Assembly (NCBI RefSeq): GCF_006345805.1
Contig: NC_042999.1
Span: forward strand, 5,518,001 to 5,582,000
Length of the DNA stretch: 64,000 nucleotides
Source of the DNA: Octopus sinensis
Lineage: Eukaryota
Direction of reading: 5' to 3'
Below, piece after piece: positions 1 to 13,203 of this stretch (positions are counted from its first letter, which is position 1; every line of letters starts with the position of its first letter). The notes beneath the pieces are model-generated. The model saw only the letters and a program-made list of their open reading frames with translations. It had not been told where the DNA came from and ran no database searches. A program made the position numbers and the translations under genes.

Positions 1-244
1 AAATTCAAATCGGACTATGTTAACACCAAAAATTATTTACATCAAAAAGGTGCTTTTTTTCTATGAAAATCCTTATTTTCTACTATTTTTTTACTGCTGT
101 GTCGCCATTGTTCGGTGTATTTCAACCAGAAAAATGCTCACTTAAAGAGAATAACAAGCTACATAATGCAAAATGTTTACTTTTCAAAAATTCCAATTCT
201 AAAGGGTCGAAACAAACCCGAGCAACGCCGGGCGATACTGCTAG
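1..244 (+). mobile_element. Non-autonomous Helitron-type element, 3' part
   Basis: Hairpin CCCGAGCAACGCCGGG (217-232) followed by CTAG|T at 241-245; homologous to 16831-17206. Confidence 0.75.
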
Positions 245-574
245 TATGAAATAATTTCGTTGGACTACAACGTCTGAAGCGCTTAGGACTGGCACGAATG
301 GTAGGTTTGAGAAGATAGGTGCCAAGTTATTTTGTTCTTTTATTCTTTCATTCTTTCACTTGTTTCAGTCATTTGACTGTGGCCATGCTGGAGCACCGCC
401 TTTAGTCGAACGAATCAACCCCAGGACCTATTCTTTGTAAGCCTAGTACTTACTCTATCCGTCTCGTCTGCTGAACCACTAGGTTACGGGCACGTAAACA
501 CACCAACATCGGTTGTCAAGCGATGAGTGGGTGGGGGGGACAAACACAGGCACACACACACATACATACATACA

Positions 575-925
575 TGATGGCTGCCCCCTCGTGATCGAGT
601 ATGGCCATTGCACGAAGCTTAACTGTTACTGGTGCTGTGATCGAATGTGACTAAAGATCTACAATGTCTTGTACAGAATTGGCAACTAAAACCTTTACCG
701 GCAATAACCGACTGTAGTTGTAACTGGGCTTCGTGTACCTTTGCATGTCGTTTAAGTCCTCCTGCCAAATTACACTCTCTTCCACATGCCCGACAGATAT
801 GATTAGTATGGTGTGTTACACCACCACCAGTGGCCAGGTTGTCACTCATCTGTCTCGTTTTATGACTACGAAAATGACTCTTGAGTCCAGCTTTACTGAG
901 GCAGGGTCTTGCACAGACACTGCAT
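575..925 (-). mobile_element. 3' end of an RTE-like LINE carrying C2H2 zinc fingers
   Basis: CSVCARPCLSKAGLKSHFRSH, CRACGRECNLAGGLKRHAKVH, CQFCTRHC; short 3' end followed by a CAT/GTAT tail; no splice signals; bounded by microsatellite. Confidence 0.6.
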
Positions 926-1005
926 ACATACATACATACATACATACATACATACATACATACATACATACATACATACATACATACATAATCATGCCTA
1001 AGAAC

Positions 1006-1168
1006 TATTAGGTTGGTGCATAATTACTGCAGCTTTTTGTCAACAAATTTCATTCAACAGAAACAATAACAATATTTAACAAAAACATCTTTAAACGACA
1101 GTCTGACCGTCTGCCAAGCAAATGGAAAGCAGGAATTGAAGTAGATGGTGAATATGCTCCGGAATAAT
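1006..1168 (+). mobile_element. Internally deleted mariner remnant
   Basis: TA-TTAGGTTGGTGCA mariner-type TIR; RLPSKWKAGIEVDGEY resembles a mariner transposase C-terminus. Confidence 0.7.
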
Positions 1169-1509
1169 CTTTTCAAGATGTTTTTGTTAAATGTTGTTAT
1201 TGTTTTTGTTGAATAGGCTTAGCAGCCCTTTGTGTTTGTGTTACCAATTTTGACCCTCTGCAAAATCCCAAATTTTATTAAATGCTTTGCGGGAGTAACT
1301 ATTTTATCGAAAGCGTATATTGTTGTTAAATGCTCGAAATACGAGAGTAGAAAAACAGTCAACAACTGATGAAGGGTTCGTTTTTTATGTTGTTTGTTTC
1401 GTTTTCCATTTGTGTCTTTCGTTGCTCGAAAGAATAGTTCATGTTCCATGTACACGTGCTTCATACATTTTTGTTGTTAACGTTTCGTGACGTCCTGTGC
1501 CCACATATG

Positions 1510-1537
1510 CATATACATACATACATACATACATACA

Positions 1538-1573
<36 letters not shown>

Positions 1574-1652
1574 TATATTTATATACGTATAGACGTAAGT
1601 ATGTATATATACGTATGTATATATGCATATATATATATATTATATATATATA

Positions 1653-1683
<31 letters not shown>

Positions 1684-1725
1684 ATTATTTATATTATTAT
1701 ATGATTGAATGCCACACAACCTCTT

Positions 1726-1762
<37 letters not shown>
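1510..1762. repeat. Compound (CATA)n/(TA)n microsatellite; others at 921-990, 3617-3658, 8650-8890, 19171-19220, 52840-52958
   Basis: Directly visible. Confidence 0.95.
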
Positions 1763-1763
<1 letters not shown>

Positions 1764-1859
1764 CGGGAAGCTTTATGAAAATAAACAAAAGACGAAGGTA
1801 GGTGGAATACAAACAAACAATTGTATTAGTATGGCGCTCAGGAATATAAATAAAACAAG

Positions 1860-1897
1860 TCTTTTACGTTTCGAGCCTACGCTCTTCAACAGAAAGA
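1860..1897 (-). ncRNA. Hammerhead-like motif of a second repeat family (other copy 59871-59906)
   Basis: UCUUU-CUGUUGA-A-GAGC-GUAG-GCUC-GAAACGU-A-AAAGA; stems perfect, core position 6 is U. Confidence 0.6.
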
Positions 1898-2730
1898 TAC
1901 ACACACGACGGGCCTCTTTCAGTCTCCGTCTACCAAATCCAATCACGAGGCTATAGTAGAAGACACTTGCCTAAGGTGCCACGCAGTGGGACTGAACTCG
2001 GAAGCATGTGGTTGGTAAGCAAGCTTCTTACCATTCAGCCACTCCTGTGCCTCTGAAATAATTTCATTGGACTGTAATGTCTGAAACAGTTATGACTAAC
2101 AGGAACGCTAGGTTTCTAAAGATAAGCACTGGGTCAGGTCGTTGTTAGGTAAAAGAAAGATTGTTCGAAGAGTTATGAACGAGGGAGACGGATATTTCCT
2201 TTTACCGCAACCCAATGAATCATCTCTAATCACTGAGATTTATCACACGAAGACTGGTCTGTTTTTGTTAGCCATTGTTAAATACTAGTGCACCTGTGTC
2301 AAAAAAAAAATGAGTTTTATTCAATGACAGAAAATGACACCTTTGTTGAAAACATGTATAATCGGATGTGCTTTTTACATCTATAGAACACTTCACAGCA
2401 AATCTGTTAATACAAATGTGTGTGTGAGGGGGGAGAGATTAAATATTAAATTATTTTCTTTCGTATAAGTATTCTGTATTTCCTTTTTATACGTATGTCT
2501 GTGTGAAATAAAATATATTCTTTCCTTTTGAGAAAAATCGTCTGCCACTCTGACGAGCGGACAGCAAATTGAGAAATGTCCGTCACGAGACTCCCTCCCT
2601 TTTTTCGCACACAATAGCATAGAATGGATTCGCTATTCACAGCGAGACTTTATGATATTTAAATTCATTTCTGTTCTTCTGATTTACGCTGTGTTGTGCA
2701 TAAACATACACTGTTTAATTATCTTTATTT

Positions 2731-3164
2731 GGATCTTTTCGGTTTGACCGGCAGTTTTTTAAAATAATTTCCACGTAACTAAACACTTTTAAACTTCGTA
2801 TACTGGTAAAATGTGTTAATAAAACATCTTTTTCTCTTGGCTTTATTGAGAAAATTCTATAGTTTGTAAGATATTTGTTGTTTTTTTCTTCAATTTCTGC
2901 AATTTCAACCAATCAGTGACGTCTATTGAGGTGGAAAACATTCTGTGCCGTATGAATATGTCCCTCGTTTAAGAAACAGATTGGGTTTATTTACATTTGT
3001 GAAGAAAAAAAGATACCCTTCCCCCCACCCCTGACCCTAACTCTAACCCTAACACTAACCCTAAAACAGATTGAAATGCAATAGATCGATTCTAGGGTCA
3101 TAATTATGGGTGACAATTTCATATGACACCACTAGAAAAACTGCCGTTCAAACCGAAAAGATCC
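2731..3164. mobile_element. MITE with 29-bp TIRs and an internal TAACCC-like tract
   Basis: GGATCTTTTCGGTTTGACCGGCAGTTTTT versus AAAAACTGCCGTTCAAACCGAAAAGATCC (1 mismatch); flanks ctttattt / ctttatag. Confidence 0.8.
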
Positions 3165-3613
3165 CTTTATAGTTTTAACAGCAGTTATGTTTTATTCTAT
3201 TTTAAAATTCTAATCGTATAAACACAAACCATGTCATATAAATCTGTCCCATTTGTATAGCCAACAATTTCAAACAAAGCTATGACGAAAATTTAGAATT
3301 GGTAATTAATCGTTTTTGGCAATCTTTCGGGGAAAGTATATCAAAACTGAAAGGTTGTTATTTTAGTTGGGATTTTTCCCCCAGCTTAATCGTTTAGGTT
3401 TATGCATTTTTTGTGTGTGTATGTGTTAACGCATACATACACAGGCGTGGTTTTGTGATAAGAAGCTTGCTTCTCAACCACATGGTTCCTGGTTCAGTTC
3501 CACCTTGGGCAAGAGTCTTCTACTACAGTCTCGGGCCGACCAAAAGCCTTCTGAGTGGATTTGGTAGACGGAAACTGAAAGAAGCCCGTCGTATATATAT
3601 ATATATGTATATA

Positions 3614-3660
<47 letters not shown>

Positions 3661-4899
3661 TTATGTCTGTCCCCCGCCGCCACCACGATCGCTTGACAAC
3701 CGATGTAGGCGTATTTACGTCTCCATAACTTAGCGGTTCGGTCAAAGTCACCGCCAGAATAAGTATTAGGCTTATAAGTCGTGGGGTCGATCTGTTCGAC
3801 TAAAAAAATCCGTTAATGCTGTGCTCCAGCGTGGCCGCAGTCAAATGACTGAAACAAGTAAAAAAAAATATAAAGAATAAAAAATACACACAAGCTGGTA
3901 AACACATACATATGTTTACAGACGCAAATATACAAAAACAAAGCGATTCATCTGGAAAAAAAAAATTTTAAATACTTTCAGTTTTGATATACCATCTCCG
4001 AAAGACCGCTGTTTTTTTTTTCTTTCCCTTTTACGATCCCTTTTGATCGAAAACCTACCCCACTTTTTTTTCTCTCCCCCAAAAGATAAGCTTTACTTTA
4101 TAATCTGTCCCGTCTGTGTGCAGCCTTGTGTGGCTAAGAAAGAAACATATATATAAAGTCCCAAACAAGGCGAGAAGCGACTTAGTGTAAGGGACAACGG
4201 AGGAAGGGAAGACGAAAGGAATGAATTTACTTTAGGCTTAAAAGGGTTCAGGTCATAAGAGGAAAATGATGAGAAAAAGGAATGAATTTGAGAAGAATAA
4301 TTTCTAATAAAAAGTCCTTTGTTAAATGCGAAACGCATTTATTTTGTTTATTACAATATTATAAATGAGTGAAGTAGATTCTGGATTCAAATGTTGCTAG
4401 AAAGCCAGTAATTACTAGGAAGGAATAAGTCGATTATTATTATACTGACCCCAATACTCCAACTTGACACCGAAAGGGTGAAAGGCGAAGACGACCTCGT
4501 GAAACAAATATTAAAAATGTGGTCGTGTTTTGGGATGCAGTGATGAAATGGAATTTGTAAAAATAAAATGATTAATCTCAAAATAATTATTTGCAAAGAA
4601 AGGTAACAATTTAAGAAATAAGTTAATTGTAATTTTAAAAAAACCGTTTATTAAAGTTTTTTTCTTTTCGGAATTTGACGAAGAAAACATTAAAAATTTA
4701 ATTATATTTTATTTATGATCAAACTTACAAATATTGATTCTTTCTCTAAATGCGAAACTGTTTAACCCCGACTCTAAGGGAATTTAAGGTGAAAGGCATT
4801 CCATCCATGGCTATCCCGTCTTATTTTTGGACAATGTTATGGGTCCTTTTTAAGACGTAGAATAGGATTTTAAGAATATTTTGGCTGCTATTTTTAGAA

Positions 4900-6100
4900 A
4901 TGTAAGCAGCTCCTATGTCCGTATAAAAACACGAGTGAGACGTCGAAGGTGTCGTTCCATAAAAGTCTTGATTAAAAAAAAAAAGAGAGAGAAAGAGAAA
5001 GAGAGAGAAAGTTGCTATCAGACATGAATTTAGTGGTCGGCCACCACTTTGGTCTCCTCCGTCTCTCCCTCATCGCTTATAATAAAAGTGTTCGGTGTCA
5101 GTTTGACTAATAACAGTTAAGTTGAGTTAGACGGAGGCTAAGTTCTGTTTATTCCTCATAACTATTTGAAATATTGCAAATAATTACGTTTAAATAATCT
5201 ACACCAACACACACACACTCACAAAAACAAGTTCCCTCGACCATTAATTGTTTGTCCTCTCAACAAGTTGGAAGTTTTACAGAATCGCACGGCCAGGAAT
5301 ATATTTCTTTTCAATTAATTAACAAACGATATGTGTGTGTATATATATAATTATAACACTCGTGGACATTAATTTTTTTATAACTCGGCGCACATTACTT
5401 TGATACATAAATCACTAATTGCAATCATTACTTTTTAATTAGTCAGCACTTTCGTGGCTCCATTTCTATTAATTTAATTTCAAACTCTTCGACTTTTATT
5501 GCGGCCAAAGAAGAAGCAGAAATTGTGTTTTGTTATGTTAAACTAAAAGCATCGATGGTCAGCAGATTGACCAGACATTCAGCCACGAAAACTGTTGGTT
5601 GATTCAGTTCAATTAGTTCCTTCCGTTGGTCACCTGTCCATTGTGTGTGAGACGTTATTTCCTTGACCACCACCACTAAACCAAGGCAAGTAGATTTTCT
5701 TTCCTTTCCTCCACTAATTTCATCAAATAACTCTGTAATAACACACACACATACAAAGGAGAAAAAGCAATTTAATTACTTATTTTAATTAATCTAATTA
5801 GTTTTCAGTTGGGTTACTTCTTTCAGTTCTTTTGTGACGTCGTTAAATGACTGAAGAAAAAAAACAAAACTTTCTTTGTTTACCTTCTTTGTTATCACTT
5901 CGTTTCTTTCACTGCTATATTATTCATGTTGTATTATCAGCAAAACACCGTTTAAAAGTGGCATTTACCTTACATTTAATTGTTATTTACCCATTAATTC
6001 ATTCCTTTTATAAAGTGAACTGTATCGCTATACTGCACAGTCGAATGGTTAATGGTAGGGCATAACTACAGTTTGGGGCCTCACAACTTCGTTTCTGCAT
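4900..6100 (+). promoter_or_regulatory. Possible promoter / non-coding first exon region of RNF217
   Basis: Repeat-free stretch with some CpG, TATAAAAA at 4922-4929 and a GAGA tract; the ATG exon at 13202 has an acceptor, so an upstream exon must exist. The location is a guess. Confidence 0.2.
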
Positions 6101-6903
6101 AACTTTCTACTATATACGTATTATTTTTTGTGAAATCTTACAGATATGTTTTCGAGAGTGTAGGTTACAGTTATATTCGTAAATTTTAAATTAAAAGATT
6201 TGGACGAATTTCGTATTGTTCTTTACATCACCACCACTTTGCCTGGTTTTGTTGCCACCAATTTCAGTAACTTTTTGAAACATTAACATTATAAAATCTT
6301 ATATTGAAATATCATTATAACCTACACACCCGAAAGTGTATTTCTGTAAAATTTCATTTAAAAATCTGTACTTTTTAAGAGTTATGAGGAAACAAAGCAA
6401 GGTGGAGTAATTGATTTGAAACTCCTTAACAAGAAATTATTTTAATGCCATTAATATAATCACAATCTACAGCTTCAAGAATGTATTGCTGCAATATTTT
6501 AATTTAAAATATACAATCTTTAGAAAGCTGAGTCATCACAAAATGGGTCGCCAAACTGTAATTATGCCATTTATAATATGGCTTTTATATATATATATAT
6601 AGTACTTAAGTTGAGGCAGCAGAATTTAGTACGGTATTATCCATACAATTTCAAAGTAAGGTGATTAAAATCAAAATAAGCAACAAGGATATCCAGAGGT
6701 AATGCAGTTCGTTGACCCTCACCTCACCCGTGAACGGGTGTTAATGTGTGGCCATGCGGTGATCCCCTGTTAGGGGCCCAATACTGCGTCCACACCTATA
6801 TATATATATATAATATTAATTAAGGGTAGAAATTGATGTTTATCAATTAAAACCAGTGGTCTAGCATATTAAAAGAATCCGAAGATTAAAATATTTATAT
6901 ATA

Positions 6904-7050
6904 CCAATTAAGGACTGAACACGAAAAGTGGACAGTCAACGTGCTAGATATAGACGTCAAATCGCTCATTCCCCACAAAGATTAGAATGGCGATTTGACG
7001 TCTATATCTAGCATGTTGACTGTCCACTTTTCGTGTTCAGTCTTAATTGG
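6904..7050. repeat. Near-perfect inverted repeat (about 61-bp arms, 24-nt spacer)
   Basis: 6904-6965 versus 6990-7050: one mismatch and one 1-nt bulge. Confidence 0.93.
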
Positions 7051-10000
7051 TTAATATATATATATAGTATATATATATATAATATATATATTCCGAGTTC
7101 AAATTCCGCCGAGGTCAACTTTTCCTTTCATCCTTTCGGGGTCGGTATAATCGACTTAATCCCTTTGTCTGTCCTTGTTCGTCCCCTCTGTGCTTAGCCC
7201 CTTGTATAAAGAAATATATATATATCCTATGACAAGGTGGATGGCAGTCGCTATGGGTTAGATATAACTGCTCGCTTCCTAACTGTGCTATTCCTATGGG
7301 TGAAGAGGTTCGAGAGATACCGTTAATAAAAGGGAAGGCTTTTCTCGGTCAATACTCGGGTATCAAAACCAAAATGAGAATAGGCTTACCTACTCTCCTC
7401 TCCCGATTTTGTTTCCTCGTAACTTGAAGGGGAAAAAAAATTTTTTTTGATGACTTTCTTTACAAATATACTTCAGATGGTGTCGATTCTGATTACATAG
7501 AATTTTGCTATGATGAGTTTCCGAAAACCCCTACGAGTCTGCTTTCTTTCAGGAAAATGGGTAATTTGTGACATTTTCTACAAATACCTATAATTAGGAT
7601 TATATCGGAATTTATTATGGAAACAAAAACGGAAGAAAGAAATCTGGTGGGCTTTGAGTCATGACATTCTTACACACGTCACAAATGAAACTTAAAATTT
7701 CGAAAAACAAAATTGTGTCAGAATGTGAGCGCACTCACCATTTTTCTTTGACATAATTGCAATTTGCACACCTTGAAAGGTATTTGTAGAAAATTCCATT
7801 GGAAAAACCCATTTTACTGAAAGATCTGAGGAGTTAAAGACGACTCGTGTGAACGAAACTCCTCTTCCCACCAACAGAAAAAAATGTTTTCACAACAAAT
7901 TCCGATTTAATCGGAATCTACAACTCTGAAGAGGGTTTTTTTTTTTTATTCTTTTACATGTTTCAGCTGTGGTCATGCTGGAGCACCCTAGAAAATCCCA
8001 TTAGAAAATATCCATTTGTCTGGTAATGAAGTCTGGGTGGGGGCATGCGTGTAAGTAAGAGAGGGAATATTTTATTTTCTGTGTACTTCAAGATTCCTTC
8101 ACTAATTTTTAAAATCAATTTATTTCTTATAAAACTTATTAAACGAATCTGGATATAAATTTTGGTAAATTTTGGGGGTTCGATCAAAATGTATTCTGAC
8201 TTGGCATACCTACACAACTGCGCCCCATCGACCGATTTTGTTTCCCCCTAACTTCCAGAAAATGGATATTTTTAATGAAATTTTCTACAAATTCGCTCCA
8301 GTGTAGATCTACCCTCTTTTATTTCACCCCTCGGTGAAAATGTTAGATAGGGAAAATAAACTTTTATCTACTTGAAAGAAAACTAATTGCTTTTATTTGC
8401 ACTTTAATGTTTGCGAAAGGAACAGCGAAATTCCTCAGAAGTGTCTGTCAGATGTGAAGTTTGGGTCACCCCCTTATGTTCTTGGGACACTCCATTTGCA
8501 GGCTCTGGATTCTATAGGAATTTCATCCTCCTCCCTTTTAGCTTTCCTAATCTTTCCTTCTAACAGCTTCACTCTGTTGTCTCTCAGTAACTGCTTCCAC
8601 AACCATGTCGCCTAAGATATACACCAGCACATTATCTATAGAGATAAACCTGTGTGTGTGTACACACACGTATATGTATATGTATTCGTATGTGTGTGTG
8701 AGGGTATTCGTGTGTGTGTACACGCGTAGTGCGCATTGTGTGTGTGAGTTCGCATGTGTGTGTGTTCGCGCGCGCGTGTGTGTGTGTGTTCGCATGTGTG
8801 TGTGTCTGTGTGTGTATCTATGTGTGCGTGTGTATTTGTGTGTATGTGTGTATTTTTGTATGTATATATATATGTGTCTATGTATGTGTACCCTACCTAC
8901 CCCACTCCCCCCCGTCCCGTCTTCCATGCTCTCTCTTCCTACTGAGGTAGACATGTACCTTCTTCACTGCAAGATGTCTGTTTCTGACCTTCCAGTCATA
9001 TTCTCACCTCTCTTGCACAAACCCACCTTCCTCACTACTACTCCCCCCCACCTCGACTGAAGCAGGGGTGGGGTGAGCCTTGTCTTTTAAAGTATTTGGT
9101 GACCTCACTGCTTCTGGTGTCACATAAAAAGTCTCCAGTATATCCTGTAAAGCGTTTGACCTTAGGAAGGGCATCCAGCTCTTGAAACCCTGCCAAAACA
9201 GACGCTAGGGTTTGACGCAGTCTTCTGACTTGCCAGCTCTTGTCAAAGTGTCCAACCCATGCCAGCATGGAAAACAGACATTAAATGATGATGATGATGA
9301 TGATGCTAGTTTCCTTTTTTTCTTCTCTAGTCAACAGAATCGACTTTTATTAGACATCATCATCGTTTAACGTCCGTTTTCCATGCTAGCATGGGTTGGA
9401 CGGTTCAACTGGGTTCTGGGAAGCCAGAAGGCTGCACCAGGCCCAGTTTGATATGGCAGTGTTTCTACAGCTGGATGCCCTTCCTAACGCCAACCACTCC
9501 GAGAGTATAGTGGGTGCTTTTTACGTGCCACCTGCACAGGTGCCAGACGAGGCTGGCAAACGGCCACGATCGGATGGTGCTTTTTACGTGCCACCGGCAT
9601 GGAGGCCAGTTGGAGCGGCGCTGGCAACGGCCACATTCGGACGGTTCTCTTACATGCCACCGGCACTGGTATCTCAGCTACAATTTCCATTGATGTTGAA
9701 AGATTTCGATTTGCTATTTTTTTTAGTGATATATATTAAACAACTGCTATTTATGGCAATACGTATTAGACAACGACTGCTATTTATAGCAACATCCATT
9801 AGACTATTACTATGGTGATATATATTAAAGATTAATGAAATACATTCGACCCTTATCATAGACAGAGACATTACAAATGCAAACCTAAACATTTTTCTGT
9901 TCTGTTTCCACATTGATTAGATTTTGCATAAATATTGAAGAGAACAAATGTACCGAACGACCACTTGAGTTGGCAACTTGTATCCGGTTACAGCAATGTG

Positions 10001-11467
10001 TGTGTGTATGTGAGGGTACACCTAACTGCCTCGTTTGTTTACCTGATCTAATTTAGTAATACAAGTTTTATAATTCATTGCTGTACGTCCTGCAGTAGTT
10101 GTTTATCACAGTGACTCAGCATATTTCATTCACTCCTGTGAATGTAAAAAGCATTAGAAGGGAAATAACATGTGTCTCATCATCGTTTAACATCCGCTTT
10201 CCATGCTGGCATGGGTTGGACGATTTGACTGAGGTCTGGCAAACTAGATGGCTGCACAATCTGATCTGGCAGAGTTTCTACAGCTTGATGCCCTTCCTAA
10301 TGCCAACCACTCCGAGAGTGTAGTGGGTGCTTTTACGTGCCACCAGCATGAGGGCCAGTCAGGCGGTACTGGCAACGGCCACGCTCAAATGGTACTTTTT
10401 ATGTGCCACCTGCACAGGAGCCAGTCCAGCGGCACTGGCAACGACCTCGCTCGAATGTTTTTTCCCCGTGCCACCAGCACAAGTGCTAGTAAGGCGACGC
10501 AGGTAACGATCACACTCGAATGGTGTTTTTTAACGTGCCATTGGCTCGGAGGCCAGCTTGTTGCTCTGGCGACGATCTCACTTGTATGGTACTTTTAGCA
10601 CTCCACTAGCATCGAATGCCAGTCATCGAATTTGATTTCAATTTCACTTGCCTCAACAAGTCTTCGCAAAGTTCACTTTGTAAAATTTAACTGAATTGTT
10701 TAAGCTGCCTATCCAGGGAATAGACAGCTTGTCCTACCACTTCTACAACAAAATAGAAATGGACACCAGCAGTGTGGGTCCTTATTTGGAAATTACCATT
10801 TTGCTTTGATAATGTTCATTAAAGAAAAAACTCGATAACCATTTTAAGAAACCTCTTTGAAATGTATTTTATTCTAAAAAACTGCATTGACAAATATATT
10901 ATGCTTTGTTGGATAATTCTCATTGTATATGAAATACACAATGTTACTATTCTATATTTCTGAGATGAGGAATTATATACAATGTTTACAATGGATGGAT
11001 ATTTGTCCTCATCTTGTTTGTTGTTACCACAACATTTCGGCTGATGTACTCTCCAGCCTTCATCAGGTGTCCTGGTGGAATTTCGAACCCAACCCTTTAT
11101 TTGACTATTGGGATACACTGTTCTCATTCCTAAGGTATTTCTTGCTGATGTTGTTTTTTTTTTGTAGGTATTATTTTCCAAGCCCCTGTCTAGGATTGAA
11201 CTCAGGGTTAGTTTATTCCAGTATTATTTCCATCAGGAAACTGGATGGAAATAATATACTCCAAGAGTATAGTAGGTGCTTTTTACGTGCCACCAGCAGA
11301 GGAACCAGTCAAGCTGGTCTAGCATCAATCACATTTGGATAGTGCTTTTCATGTGCCACCGGCACAGGGGCCAGTCAGAGGGTCACTGGCATCGGCCACA
11401 TTCAGATGGGAGTTGGTTTCAGTTTGGTTATTGCTTTTATTACAAGTGTATATACTTTAATGTGAAA

Positions 11468-11785
11468 GTACGTGGTTTAGTGGTTAGGGCATTCCACTCA
11501 AAATTGTAAGGTCGTGAGTTCAATTCCCAGCTATGCATTGTGTCCTTGAGCAAGACACTTTACTTCACATTGCTCCAGTCCACTCAACTGGCAAAAATGA
11601 GTAGTACCTGTATTTCAAAGGGCCAGCCTTGTCACACTCTGTGCCACGCTGAATCCCCTCGAGAACTATGTTAAGGGTGCACGTGTCGGTGGAGTACTCA
11701 GCCACTTACACGTTAATTTCATGAGCAAGCTGTTCCGTTGGTCATATCAACTGGGACCCTCATCGTTGTAACCGACAGTGCTCTT
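11468..11785 (+). mobile_element. Family-D tRNA-derived SINE
   Basis: TGGTTTAGTGGTTAG...GAGTTCAATTCC head and TTGTGTCCTTGAGCAAGACAC core; partial minus copies at 36080-36280 and 45300-45465. Confidence 0.75.
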
Positions 11786-13203
11786 TTTTATTTACTTTAA
11801 TGATGGGGTTCTACATGACCTTAGTTCATATAACTGACTGGAGGAGATATCAATCCCCTTTTTAGGAAACATTTTAATAAAATTAATCTCCTAATCATGC
11901 CGGTGGCACATAAAAAGCACCATCCGAACGTGGCCGTTGCCAGTGCTGCCTTGGCTGGCTTCTGTGCCGGTGGCACGTTAAAAGCTCCAACCGATCGTGG
12001 CTGATGCCGGACACCCTTGGCACCTGTACAGGTGGCACGTAAAAAGCACCCACTAGACTCTCGGAGTGGTTGGCGTTAGGAAGGGCATCCAGCTGTAGAA
12101 ACTCTGCCAGATCAGACTGGAGCCTGGTGCAGCCCCTGGCTTCCCAGACCCCGGTCGAACCGTCCAACCCGTGCTAGCGTGGAAAACGGACGTTAAACGA
12201 TGATGATGATGATATCTGCCTCTCAGTGTAAAAGTCAGTCATTAACTTGGTTTCTAGCATCTGTTTGTGTTGTATAAATCTGGTTTCTACTTTTGGCACC
12301 AGTTCACATATTTTTTGAAAGAGAAAAATATCCAATTAACCTGGCTAACCCTCTGCTTCTGGTCCTTGATATTTTCTTGGCCTTCACTGAATTTGAACCC
12401 AGAATGTAGAGAAACATCATCATCGTTGTTTAACGTCCGCTTCCCATGCTGGCATGAGTTGGACAGTTCGACCGGGGTCTGGGAAGCCATGGAGGCTGCA
12501 CCAGGCTCCAGTCTGATCTGGCAGTGTTTCTACAGCTGGATGCCCTTCCTAACGCCAACCACTCCGTGAGTGTACTAGGTGTTTTTTATGTGTCACCAGC
12601 ACAGGGGCCAGAGGAGGCTGGTAAACGGCCACAATTGATTGGTGCTTTTACATGTCACCGACACGAAAAATGCACAGCATTTTGTCTAGCTTCTACTGTT
12701 TCTATCTTTTACCATTCTTAACTGTAGAATCTTAATGGTGAAAGTATACCAAGAAGTCTGAGATAAAATTCCATGCTTTTACGCTTTACTCTTTTACTTG
12801 TTTCAGTCATTTGACTGCGGCCATGCTGGAGCACCGCCTTTAGTCGAGCAAATCGACCCCGAGACTTATTCTTTGTAAGCCCAGTACTTATTCTATCGGT
12901 CTCTTTTTGCCGAACCGCTAAGTGACGGGGACGTAAACACACCAGCATCGGTTGTCAAGCAATGCTAGGGGGACAAACATACACACACATATATACGACA
13001 GGCTTCTTTCAGTTTCTGTCTACCAAATCCACTCAAAAGGCATTGGTCGGCCCGGGGCTATAGCAGAAGACACTTGCCAAAGGTTCCACGCAGTGGGACT
13101 GAACCCGGAACCATGTGGTTGGTTAGCAAGCTACTTACCACACAGCCACTCCTGCATATAGTTGTATCTTTTAAATGACATTTTTTTTTATTTTATTACA
13201 GCC

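Noticed and set aside
1358-1500. CTGATGAAGG...CGAAA hammerhead-like words
   Set aside because: No pairing stem II and no stem I partner after a UH triplet.
3030-3066. Telomere-like TAACCC tract
   Set aside because: Short, degenerate and internal to a TIR-bounded MITE; not evidence of a chromosome fusion.
7400-8330. Scattered imperfect inverted repeats (about 27 bp at 7598 and 7886-7912) suggesting a decayed DNA transposon
   Set aside because: Ends and TSD could not be defined.
8547-9060. Long ORFs rich in CV/HT/YI (also 1441-1812, 3413-3751, 52597-53021)
   Set aside because: Stop-free microsatellite translations.
9396-9818. Recurrent ORFs such as MDGSTGVWEARRLHQAQ... and MFLQLDALPNANHS...
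   Set aside because: They are translations of family-A SINE copies, with variable frames and stops and no splice structure; not a gene family.
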